Below are positions 26,015-36,720 of a DNA stretch of 53,112 nt, piece by piece (position 1 is the first letter of the stretch; the number at the start of each line of letters is the position of its first letter). The DNA lies in assembly GCA_021432655.1 (NCBI GenBank), contig MU271260.1:62001-115112 (forward strand), given 5' to 3'. Source of the stretch: Atractiella rhizophila (Eukaryota). The notes below the pieces were generated by a model. It was not told the origin of the DNA, made no database searches, and saw nothing but the letters and a program-made list of their open reading frames with translations. The translations under genes were made by a program, and so were the position numbers.

Positions 26015-29003
26015 GCTCTGGCAAACTGGTGGCCGGTGGCCAGCCAGGCAAAAAAGGAGAATAACCAGATATTTGCGCATTCAGTGCGGATTTCGACATT
26101 CACTTTATCACCGAAACGCGAATGATCTCTGGAGGGTTGCCACTTGATGGCGATCTATTGAGGTACTTCAAGGATCATCTTCCATTCCGAATCAAAAGTT
26201 GGTGAAATAAACGGCCGACAAAGGGGATGCCAAAATCGCTGAATGACCGCACAAAACGCAAAGTTTCTCACCAATATCCTCCCCAAATGTCAAAGGTGAT
26301 AGAGATATAAACGTTGCGAGGGGTCTCGCACTCGCTAATGATTTGTGGCAAGCCTGTCCACGCTTCAAAGATGATCGATGATCCTTCGCATTGCAAGGCA
26401 GGAGCGCTACTCACATGAGATGTATCATCTTGACGTTTGGAACCTACATTGTGGCATCAAGCCACGATTTGTGTTCTGTGAAGACTCGGACAACTCTTGC
26501 TTCCCAACAAACAAATTCAAGTTGTGTTTAGCTGCAGGAAACAGGCCAATGGATGCGTCTGGGAAGGACAAAAGAGTGAAGTAGAAGTACGCACAGAAGG
26601 ACATCGATGTCATTCTAACGGAGCAGCTTTATTGTGATCTATGGCTTATGAAACATCTCGAGAACTCGTGGAACTTCGTATGCACATCTACTCCCCCGGA
26701 GCGCAACTTCTGCAGCAACAAAAGAGAAGATGCCCCTCTGTCTCAGAGGCACAGCTTTTGGAGAACGGAGGCCAGATCTGGGGATCTCGTCGCGTGACTA
26801 GCTCTCAATGCTCGCAATAACAACTGTGCAGCCACATCCATCATTTCAAACTAGAATTGGCCATCCTGACACAATGTGGCTCCAAAACCGTAGTGCGGCC
26901 AAAAATACAGGCCCTCTGTACTCTGTCCTTGATACCTGTCTCACAAGTTTGACATGTATCCGATGACGTTCCCTTGCCTCGATGTGAGGGAAACCTCACC
27001 GTCCACGATATCGGGGACAATCTCACCATCTGGGATAGACGCTATCGTTTTGTTAGGGAGAGTCGCAGGGATCTGGGATAGCAACTATTGTTTCCCTAGG
27101 CAATGAATTTCAAGGTTGAGTTCTCCCATTGAAGGCAAGGACAAGTGCGAGTATACTGTTGTTGCCACTGGTGGTGAGCTTCTGGTAGAAAAAGGCAAGC
27201 ATTGCCTGTTCACGGATGCCTGAGGGAAAGAATAACAGCTACAAACGAATTTAAAAGCAACGTCAACGGAGGAACAAACCTACTAGCGATGCGGTAGACC
27301 ACGCCTCGAGATAAGAGGAAGTAGAACAACGTCAGTGCAGAAGATAATGCGAGCGGACCTGTTTGAGCAGAAAAATGCAGAGCAGACGGTCTGCCACAGT
27401 CGACCTAGGGAAGTACCTGCCATTCGCATCATTATTCCACTCCTACGAAAGATAGGAAATGCACCAAGGTTAGTAGAAGGGAAGTATTGAATGGAAGAGA
27501 AGAAGTCTTAGGCTAAACCTCTTAGCCCCCAAATGACAGCCTGCTGAATAAATCGTTCAAACCAGGTGACCTTCTCTAATCTTGGTCAACCACCCAGTCA
27601 GAATTCTCTGGGATTGAGTACACTATGAGAACATACGAGTGTATGGTGGCGGCAACGAGCAGAGCGGAGACTTGGAGAACCATGAACCAGTTTGTCTACC
27701 CAAATACTTCAGTATTTTCTCTTCTCGTGGCTTCGAAGCAGAATGAGGTACTTCTGAGGTGTTCGATTGAATGAATTTGAAGTATTGGCAAACTGACAGT
27801 GCTCGGTAAGAGTAAAAGTTCAAGATTGACCTATTCTTGAGACGGACCTAGATGATACCAATCTCACCTAAACAACAAAAGAGGACAATCAAAATGACGA
27901 TGGGGCGAATGACTTGTACAATATCATTTGGAGCGAGAGCTGCCACCTTGAACATGATGATACGTTTCAGGGGGTGACGCTTCCAATATTACTAACTACT
28001 CGCCCTAAATACTCGATGATTTGCAACAGGTGGCAAGCTTCAGCTCATAATTAGAAGACACGAAAACGTGTTTGTCATAGCTCTCGCGCGACTCAGCCTT
28101 TCGCCCGAGAGGTTGGTTATAGGCGAGAGGAAAGTTGGAGGTGATCGAGGTTCATTGGGTCGGGCTCAAAGGCTGGAAATGAACTCACTCGCGCGAGAGC
28201 AGGTTATTGATGGCGAAAAGGAAGGGAAGGGGGAGTTTGTGCGTCGCAGCGGTTGTTCAATGATCAGTGTCGAGTGCAGTGCCTCCGCCTCCACGGTGGA
28301 AGTAAGGTTTTGAACACCTTGGATTTTGGATCTTTGGTCGTGCGGCATTTGCGGTAATTTGCTATTCAAACTCTCAAGAAATGGGACCTTCTATCGCGCG
28401 AGAGTAGACTTCAGTCAAGTCGGTGCAATGCCTAGATCGAACGAGGCGTTTTGAACGCCAGCCACCGTTCGTCCAGGTCCATGATCAACTAGCATTATCC
28501 TCTCATTATAAGAGGACTTTTGCAGAGTTGCAGAGAGGAGAAAGGATCATGGAGCCTCCCAAAAAACCTAAAAGAGTTTTCAGACCCAGTCAAAGGTTCC
28601 TGTTTCCCGCTAGTCTCACTCCTGTACTGAAGTTGTGGCAGGTGCATGGTGTGTGGCATTGTGTTTCAAAACATCATACCAATTATCATCTAGGAGTGCA
28701 CAATAAGGAGAGTAGCCTGTGATAAAGTATTTTGTTGGTCTTAAGAAAACTTGGATACTACTGATTTTTTGAAGGAAATGCCTCGTTGTACAGGCTGCTT
28801 GGCATGAAGGACCTTCTCAATTCTTAACAATCCTAAGCAGGAGGTCAGTCGAGGCGACAAATGTTCACGGCAATCTGTCGAAGAACAAAAGCGGCTTTTT
28901 CAGCATGCAGTATCCGGCGCTGACCCCGGCCGGTTGATGCAAGGTATGGCATGACTTGTCACGGTAAACAGGGTTACTTACATCTGACAAAGACAAACAA
29001 CAA

Positions 29004-29234
29004 TTGTTGGAAGAGAATCAAAACTTGAAGGAGAAGAATCGAGAACTGGAGGAGGAGAATGCGAAATTACGAAGAAGGGTGTTGGAGCTGGAGAATGAAA
29101 AATTGAAGAAGAAGAACCGAGAGCTGGAGGGCAAGAATTTGGAGTTAGAAGGAAAGGTGTTGCAGCTGGAGGAGCGCCGACTACCGCCATTATCCCGGAT
29201 TCTTTGCATGCGTGTGGGTGATACTTTTGACTAG
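29004..29234 (+). CDS. Probable terminal exon encoding a coiled-coil; gene model incomplete
   Basis: Heptad pattern EENQNLKEKNRELEEENAKLRRRVLELENEKLKKKNRELEGKNLELEGKVLQLEE. Function unknown. Confidence 0.35.
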   Translation: MLEENQNLKEKNRELEEENAKLRRRVLELENEKLKKKNRELEGKNLELEGKVLQLEERRLPPLSRILCMRVGDTFD

Positions 29235-29712
29235 GCCGAACCATGTGCAATATGAAGTTTCATAAGTGACTGAGCCAAAAGCAAGACCTCATATTGGGGC
29301 AGAGTCGTGAATCTAGCGAGCAGGTTGGTGATGCGACGCTAATGAGGAGTTGAGGTGAAAGAGGTTGTTATTGACTCAAGCGTCGTACGTTCGCGCTCAT
29401 TCAAAAAGCAAAAAGACTGCTGTCTCGTTGCACAGAAGCCACACTTCAACGGACTTGGACGTGAACGAACACGAAGGCTGAATAAGCGGGGTATTGAGCA
29501 GTGAACAAAAGCTTTCGGATTTGTTCTATGTGACTTCTTCATTCTTAGATTGATTCAACAGTGTTCTGCTCCTACTTGAAACATATGTTCATACACAGAT
29601 TCGAAGCGGATTGGAGGCTTCTCATTTGTTCTTCCATCCTCCTCGAGCCTGTCAATTCCACAGATGTGGCAGGGCAATGATAACGAACAGTGACATATTT
29701 GGATGTGGGATA

Positions 29713-29881
29713 CGACCTGTCGGATCCAGCAAGGTGAAGAAACAAAACATCCATCCCAAATAGTCTGGAAGGATCCAACTCTGCGGATGGCGCAAAGCGC
29801 GGGGAAGAAAATCCCATGGAAGCCAGATATGGCCCTCAAGGGTTAGGTGAAAGCGGCCACAGCCCAAATAAACAAACAACT
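29713..29881 (-). repeat. Repeat B copy 2 (inverted, partial)
   Basis: CTGTCGGATCCAGCAAGGTGAAGAAACAAAACAT and GAAAGCGGCCACAGCCCAAATAAACAAACAA are reverse complements of blocks in 25516-25680. The first also matches 50595-50662. Confidence 0.85.
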
Positions 29882-29889
29882 AGGCCCAA

Positions 29890-30007
29890 GGCCCTTCGCT
29901 CGAAAAGGGTTTGCGCCTCAGTTTGGCGAAGATTTGCGCACAAAACTGGTGTACCAGTTGGAGCAGTTTAACCCCAACATCGCCGGCCCCTAGGGTGACG
30001 GGTCTGC
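29890..30007 (+). repeat. Repeat A copy 2
   Basis: CGAAAAGGGTTTGCG..CTCAGT...GAAGATTTGCG.ACAAA.CTGGTG.ACCAGTT..GGAGCAGTTT..AAC...ACATCGC...GACGGGTCTGC aligns with the reverse complement of 32702-32820. Confidence 0.85.
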
Positions 30008-30844
30008 CAAATGTGTAAGATGCTGGCCTTGTTGGTGGCCTTGATTCTTCTTCTTTCTGGAATTATCGTTTGAATATGGATGCATCGGGATGAAATGGGG
30101 AGCTTGATATTGGATTGGAGATGTGTCCCGTCAACATCCCCTCATCCGTGACTCTTCTCGCCTGCCCTCGACGGCGCAATCTTGCGAGGCAGATTCCTTC
30201 CAAGAACCGAACGGGACCTCACTTTTAGATCACTCTGGATATCTCACAAGCTCTTGGAACCAGAACATAAAGCCATGCTGAAGCGGAAACCAAGGTGTCT
30301 CGCAGTTTCAGAGAGCGTCATTGTTTTGAGTGAGCAGATCTGCTTTTGCTCTTTCAATGGCTCAGAGGCAGTTTGAATCATGCTGGAGTAGAGTTCAATC
30401 ACAGCGAGATTAAAGTTCGGTCGCGTCCACAATCTTAGTGTGGGGACTGTTTCTTGCGCCATTTCAACTTAGGCTGGATTCTACCTGGAATGTCGAATGA
30501 ACTGATGAGTTTCTTGCTGAGTGGATCATGCTTGACTTCTTGAAAGAGTGCTAGAAATGGGCGAGCGGTGTGAGTGAAGCAGCTCCGTGCCTCACAGAAG
30601 TCATAGAACTCTGCTCTCGCCCCACAGAATCAACCGAGCTCTACGCTCGCGCGACAACCTCTCGCGCGAGTGTACTCTAGAAATGCTTCAGAGAGCGCGC
30701 ATCTCTGCAACTGCTGATTGCTTCTGCTTCACTCAGTTATGTGGGAACGAGATGCGACCACTGTTGAGGCATAAAAAGGACAGGTCATAATAGGCGGAAA
30801 ATTAGCCTGCTCGTCAGCTACGCATCGGTAGGATATCGTCCAGG

Positions 30845-32509
30845 ATGGTCAGTTCTCCTACCGCCGAGTCCCTCATGGTTACGCCCGTGCGCTATGGAGA
30901 AATCATACGGCCTATTGCCATTGGAGTTGTCCTCTCCTTTAGTCTGTGGGGAATAGGACTTGCTCAGGTCTCCCCTCTTTCATCTCCTTGCTGTTCCTCA
31001 TTCTTTCGAATGCCAGTTTTATCATTGTTTCAAAATTCTTCGTTTCCATAACACACAAGTGCTCTGTCTACTTCTCACACTAATCGAAACGATGCTGACA
31101 GTGTTCTAGCAGAACAACAAACTCAAGGCCTTCGAACTTTCTGCCCTGCTACTACTCGATATGACAGACTCGTTTGTAACTTCCCCTTCATGACTCATTA
31201 GTGGATTAACTATGACATATGGACAGGATGGCCAAGGTTATTTGGTTCGATCGATTCCTTCGTGATGTTACACTTCGTGGACTGACTGGTTTCGTGTTTG
31301 GTTCCCTTGTAATTATTGTTTTACACTGGAGACTGAGTGACGCTATTCAGTCGGCCTGATCGCTTGATCATAGTCCTGTTCGTCTTGCTTTCATCATTCT
31401 ATAGCTCCCTCACCACGTATTAGACTCGTGACTACACCTCTGATCACCTGCACAAGCCACATCCTGTATGCTCGCCGAATCCATGACTTCAAGAAGCGAG
31501 AAGGCTCAAGGCACATCCACTTCTGGTCCATCAGTCTTGCCGTTGTTGTCGCGCTGTCTGTTACACATGTTGTGGCCGCCCTCTTTAGTGAAGCATTTCT
31601 CTCTTCCCATTCAGTCAGCTCAGAGGACACACAGCTGGTTACATTTTCATTACCAAGCCCAGTGCGTCTCCATGTTTTCATCGCAGCGTGACCGGACTTT
31701 CTAAAAAGAAACAAAGGCGACCGGTGGATCCCTACCATGATTCCTAGTATGTCATTATTATGTTTTCGACATCACTGTAATGAGATGGAAACAGGTGCTT
31801 CCTTGCAGCTTGGCGGATCCGCCTTTGTCGATTGCCTTTTTGCACTCTTTTTCATGCTGGCTTTCAAGAAGCATCTGAGAAGCACCAACTTCTCTGTCGG
31901 TCTCCTTCAACCCATGTCTGTCCGCGCTGATATAACTTCAGGCAACAACAGACCTGATATTGCGTGTACGTTTCTCGCTTGGTTATTGTAGGTGTGGGAA
32001 GTGCATATATCGCTGAAGCAGTTAATCCAATTTGGCGTCGGAGCCAACCTGCTCACATCAATCCTTCAAATCCTCGAACTCATCCTCTTCCTGGCTTCAC
32101 CAGATACGGCTTATCATTTTGCAGGTAAGTCGCGTCCTTTGACCGAGACATGACTTACATGGTCGTAGTTCTCATTTTCATCTCGAAGACATATATAATT
32201 GGGCAAGTATTGATTTGCCGTGTCTTTAAGCGAGGAATCTCAACGCTCAGCAGCCTTCTTGCCGTCATCACCCAAGCACGAGCATGGAGCTCGTCATCTC
32301 ACGACAATGGATCAATCGGTACCCCCAACTATAGGATTCAGCACAACGTATGCTTTTCTGCTTCTAGGCTCCAGATTTCGAAACAGAGGTGGCACACCAG
32401 ACTTCCACTGAACCTAACTTTGTGGAGATGGCACTCCGTGTTCAGACTGGCCGCAAGTTTGCTACTGAGACCCAAGGTTAGTTCCGCTCCAGCCCACGAA
32501 CGGCACTGA
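30845..32509 (+). CDS. Multi-exon integral membrane protein, DUF6534-like basidiomycete family; possibly degenerate, exon structure only partly resolved
   Basis: N-terminal IIRPIAIGVVLSFSLWGIGLAQ followed by an intron, hydrophobic segments (SHILYARRI, SLAVVVALS), then SAFVDCLFALFFMLAFKK, LKQLIQFGVGANLLT, LILFLASPDTAYH and IFISKTY. This matches the family layout as I recall it. 3' end uncertain. Confidence 0.55.
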
Positions 32510-32701
32510 TGAAATAAGTAAGGCTCCGAACCAACAATCAACGATTATTGAGTATTGGAGTTAAGACTTCCTCTTCACTCGGCATAACTTTGAATCTTGT
32601 CTGCTCATGTGTATCCAATCCACCGTCCTTTGACAGATTTATGCCTTCAATCGTCTTGTCTCCCACAATCACTGAAAGGAGGTGCTGGAGCACAGCTTGT
32701 A

Positions 32702-32920
32702 GCAGACCCGTCGCCCCCTGCGATGTCGGCGTTAAAAACTGCTCCAAAACTGGTGCACCAGCTTTGTACGCAAATCTTCACCGGACTGAGCCGCAAACCC
32801 TTTTCGATCGAGCGGCCTTGTGCCGCATTGCAAAACCCTCAGGGTGACCAGTTTGCCCCACTGTTCAGCTGCAGCTGAAGAGCGCAGGCACGGACTACCT
32901 GAGTGCGCAGGCAGTGTCAG
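32702..32920 (-). repeat. Repeat A copy 3 (inverted; begins GCAGACCC)
   Basis: Starts at the point where the 31775-32700 duplication ends. Palindrome CTGGTGCACCAG at 32750-32761. The reverse complement aligns over about 220 bp with 50351-50569. Confidence 0.85.
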
Positions 32921-33028
32921 TCGGGGCGAGGCCTTTTGCTAGCCCCCAATCACCCAATCACGACACCATCCGCCCCTCCGATTGCGGCAAATATCTGACT
33001 GCCTGCAAATTGGGTGTGTGCCATACAG

Positions 33029-33941
33029 TAGGGGCATGAACTTAAAAAAAATATTTTGGCAATGGACCCACGTCTACATCGGGAAGGGTGGACGCAGGTA
33101 AGTGATCAGGGAGAAGTCGAGAGTCCGGAGGGGAAAAGGTGCCAACGAAGAAGGAGGGCTGTCCCAGAGGTCAAATGGGAGTGCTTAACGAAAGCGGAGA
33201 AAGGAGGTTTCAAGGTTCTCGACTCATGTTATCGTAAGCCGATTGTTCCTCCACGAAGCTAACTGCCATGCCTTCTAGGCTGTATGCCTTTCTCCTTCTC
33301 AGGGAGTGCTCATCCCTGTTACCATTATCCTATCTTGCTCAACTTCGTGATTATATCCTGAATCCTAGCGTGCGGGGTCCTTACCCTTCTGCCATTAAGG
33401 TGTTGCCAAAGGTATTGCCAACGTTCTGCCACAGCGACTTTTTTGTTCTGCCATTGTTCTGCCAGGCAGGTGGCCACATCAGTTAGCTGCCATGCCGTTT
33501 TGGGAGCTTAATTTGAGCTTAACTTTGAATTCTTTTGAGGTGCTCTATTTTTATTGTAATTGTTTTGTCTCGTGTTGTTCTTTTCGAATCGACACCGTTA
33601 CGAGAATGCCAAAACAAGATTATCCACTCACAACGAAGAGCGCTTCTCAAGGAGCGAAGGAGGGTCATCTTCTGTGGCACACATTCCTGCAGCTTTCTGA
33701 TGGTTCGAAGAGCGTAAGATTCAGGATCAGATGTGCGAGCAAGCGTGCCCGTCTCAATTGACCATTTGAGCCATGGGAATCCCTTTATTATATGCTTCTT
33801 TGAAATAAATGATATTGCCTAACTGCTAGATATGCCTACAATCCTCCGAAACTGCAATTTAGCGTTCTGCCCTTCCGCCATTCGCCATTCGCCATGGCAA
33901 TACCTTATGTTCTGCCATGCCCCAAAATCGTATTGCCCCTA
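33029..33941. repeat. Possible non-autonomous DNA-transposon relic with dense TGCC(A) motifs
   Basis: 8-bp inverted ends TAGGGGCA (33029) / TGCCCCTA (33941) and clusters of CTGCCA/TTGCCA at 33390-33500 and 33865-33940. No TSD. Confidence 0.3.
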
Positions 33942-33946
33942 AGGCT

Positions 33947-34880
33947 ACTGGATCCTCTCCTTTTCCCCATCCTGCATTCCTTCTGCCCCTTGCCCTTCAA
34001 AGGTGCCTGGAAGCTCTATTTTTGTCCAGTTCAGCCCCTTCCTCGAGTCCGTGTTCCCGCTGACCAAGAAAATGTTCAACGCCTCCCTTGTCTTCATTAC
34101 AACCTCTTTAGCAAGCATCAAACCTATCCCTGTCCTCCTAACACCGTCGTATGCGAGTCTAGCACTTTCGATCGCTTGCCTATTATCGCCACGTCATCAC
34201 CCGTCGCTTATCGAGGGATAACAGTAGTCCTAACTGTTCTTTTACCTTTCCAGCCCTGCTCATGTTCTGAATTCAGCAGCTTGAATCCCCTAATCCAACC
34301 AATGCCTCGAAACCTGATTTCGCGGCCAATCCGCTGTTCTTCACCACACCCTCTAACCTTCCTTCGAGTCGAAGTGTATGCGAAGTCAGTTTGTTCGTCA
34401 TGTACTTCCAATCCTTCCTCTCCAGCTGAAACCATTCGCCTGTTATATCATCCTTGCTATGATTCGCAAAAAATCACTAACCTCTGGCCGAACATCTTTC
34501 ACTGCTTGCAGGTCCCAGCACTAATCTCCATCATTCCTACTTGCAAAGTCCTGACAGCATCACCATAGTCTTTGAACTTGGAAGCCAGCCTAGTGTCGTG
34601 TTTAGTCACCATTTGGAGGGTTGTGCTGAGGAGGTAGATCTCTGATGCCTTAATCGCTTCCACTCCACCTGAAGAAGGAGAAGATGGAGAGGAGATATTG
34701 AGTACGGTGGTGAGGAGAAAATTGGTCGACTCCACCAGATCGAGAAGCCTGGAGAGTCTCAAACGTGTGACGGAGGCGGAAGGGTTAGAAGGAAAGAGCG
34801 TTAGAAGCAGCAACGAGAGGAGCAACGCCGGAATTGTAATCGCCTTCCACTGTGCATTCTTTTGCCTGTCGTTCCCCATC
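33947..34880 (-). pseudogene. Probable degenerate gene for an N-terminally anchored helical protein
   Basis: Hydrophobic segment ITIPALLLSLLLLTLFP and protein-like frames continuing with stops or frameshifts to a TAG near 33947. No family recognised. Confidence 0.3.
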
Positions 34881-36105
34881 GATGCCTCGATCTACTATCT
34901 CTTGTGCTAGGCGATAGGGGAGGATTAGTTTGTTGATGCCTTTACTCGTCTCTTGCGTTCTCAGGTGCTGAGTTGTGTTATGAGCTCGTTGACTCACAAC
35001 ATGTTGTTATCGTAGGATGGGATTGTTACTACTGCGCTATTTACACACTTTATATACGTATGAAACGAGGATTCTAGAATAGTCGTAACAAAGTGAGAAC
35101 ACTTGAACAAGGAGCAGATCAACAATCAGGATGAACAATAACGACAACACAAAGATAGTTCGAGAACAACTACCACTTAAGCGAGGTGGCAGGATGAACG
35201 CTTAACCATAAACCATATCTCCATAGGTTAAGGTATAATAAGAAGGGATGATTTCATTCCTGCCAGTTCGAGGTGTTGTCTTGCCGAAGGAAGAAACTGT
35301 ACCCTTGACCGTATCTGGTGCAACGCTGCGGGAAGCAAAGAACGGTTGTTGCAACGCCACTTCCTTTGTAATCGGGTAAATTTTCTTCACGAAATTGAGT
35401 TTTGTTACTCTCCCGTCAGCTCTTTCAAACTTTGGCAACCAAAGAACTTTCACAGCCAACTGCCATAAGAATAGTGCTCGCTGCGGCAATGGCCCTTTCT
35501 ACTAGTATGATTCACTTTTCATTTCGTTTACAGTACCATGAGTTTGGCTGCAAATGGGCAGGCGTTACCACTTTGCTTGACCACTGGCTTGTCAAATGGG
35601 GTAAGGTACTAGTAGTTAGATTTCAAGTTGTTGGAGGTGTCCAGTAAGGTGTGATCCCTTCGTCCAAAGCGTGCGGAATATATGTCAAATGGATTTGGAC
35701 TTAAATGGACTTAAATTCGGATAGTTTGTTGAGAATTTGCTGTTGGCTGCCCTGCAGACAACGTGCAGGTGAAATCTAAAATCGGCATGGGGTGTCTTCC
35801 CTTCAATACGTCAACCCCTTCTCAAAATAAGACGTCGGCCTTGCATTCTTAAAGCTCGAAATAATGTTTTGCATTCGCTTTGAAACCTGTCAGAGAATCA
35901 CGATTTCGATGAAGGAGGTGGTGACTTTTGGCAAAGTTCTTTAGTTTTCTGGAATGTTCTACTAATTTCTAGTTGCCACTGCTGTAAGCCATTTAAACAC
36001 ATAGAATTCCATTCCTGGTGCCCATGCGTTTGCAAGAGCTCAGCCAAACGTAACCAAGTCGTACTTAGCTCCGCTCCTCAGGCCGTCAATTTTCAACAGA
36101 CTTCC

Positions 36106-36359
36106 TGACAGAATCGTGCGCCTCCTCCTTTCGCCGCCACTTGTGCACTTGCGCGTTTAGTTTCCTTCAAGCACTTTCTGGAACTGTGGCCAATCTTTTG
36201 CCACAGGGATCTCTCTGTTATAAAAGCTTGTAAACCTGCATGTGCGAGACTTATACTCATTGTTATCTCGCACTTCGCAGGTAATGTAGTTTCCCTACAT
36301 ACTAAATGCAACACATACTCGTTGTTATCTCGCACTTCGCAGCGCTAATAAATTTGTCA
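36106..36359 (+). repeat. Repeat D copy 2, carrying a 62-nt insertion (36281-36342)
   Basis: Aligns to 25826-26014 except for a 3-nt and a 62-nt insertion. Confidence 0.9.
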
Positions 36360-36720
36360 CTTCCCACCTAGTTGGGAAAGCAAGTTGATGCCCTGGAACT
36401 TTGCAGGGCCGGCTTAGTGCTGAGATAGAGAGCGATTGGTGCAAATAGTGCCAGGATAGAGCTGAATAACAGGACCGTACAGTGCCTGAAGGAAAAGGAA
36501 GAGTGTCGGTTGGACTGAACAAAATGTGACTCATATGCCATCACCATCGCAATCTGAGGAAAATTTCTGAATACTGCCACTTGAGTATCTTTTCGAGGTT
36601 CTGCTTTAATACAATCTCATGGTCATATTATAAATATGTGAATAAAAAAGTAAATACAAATGCATACAACTCAAATACTTCATGAATTCAGGAATAAACC
36701 AAATAGAGCGGGTACGAGTG

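Noticed and set aside
36253..36342. CRISPR-like geometry (28-bp repeats, 34-bp spacer)
   Set aside because: Only two repeats, a fungal context and no cas genes. Better explained as a local duplication or insertion.
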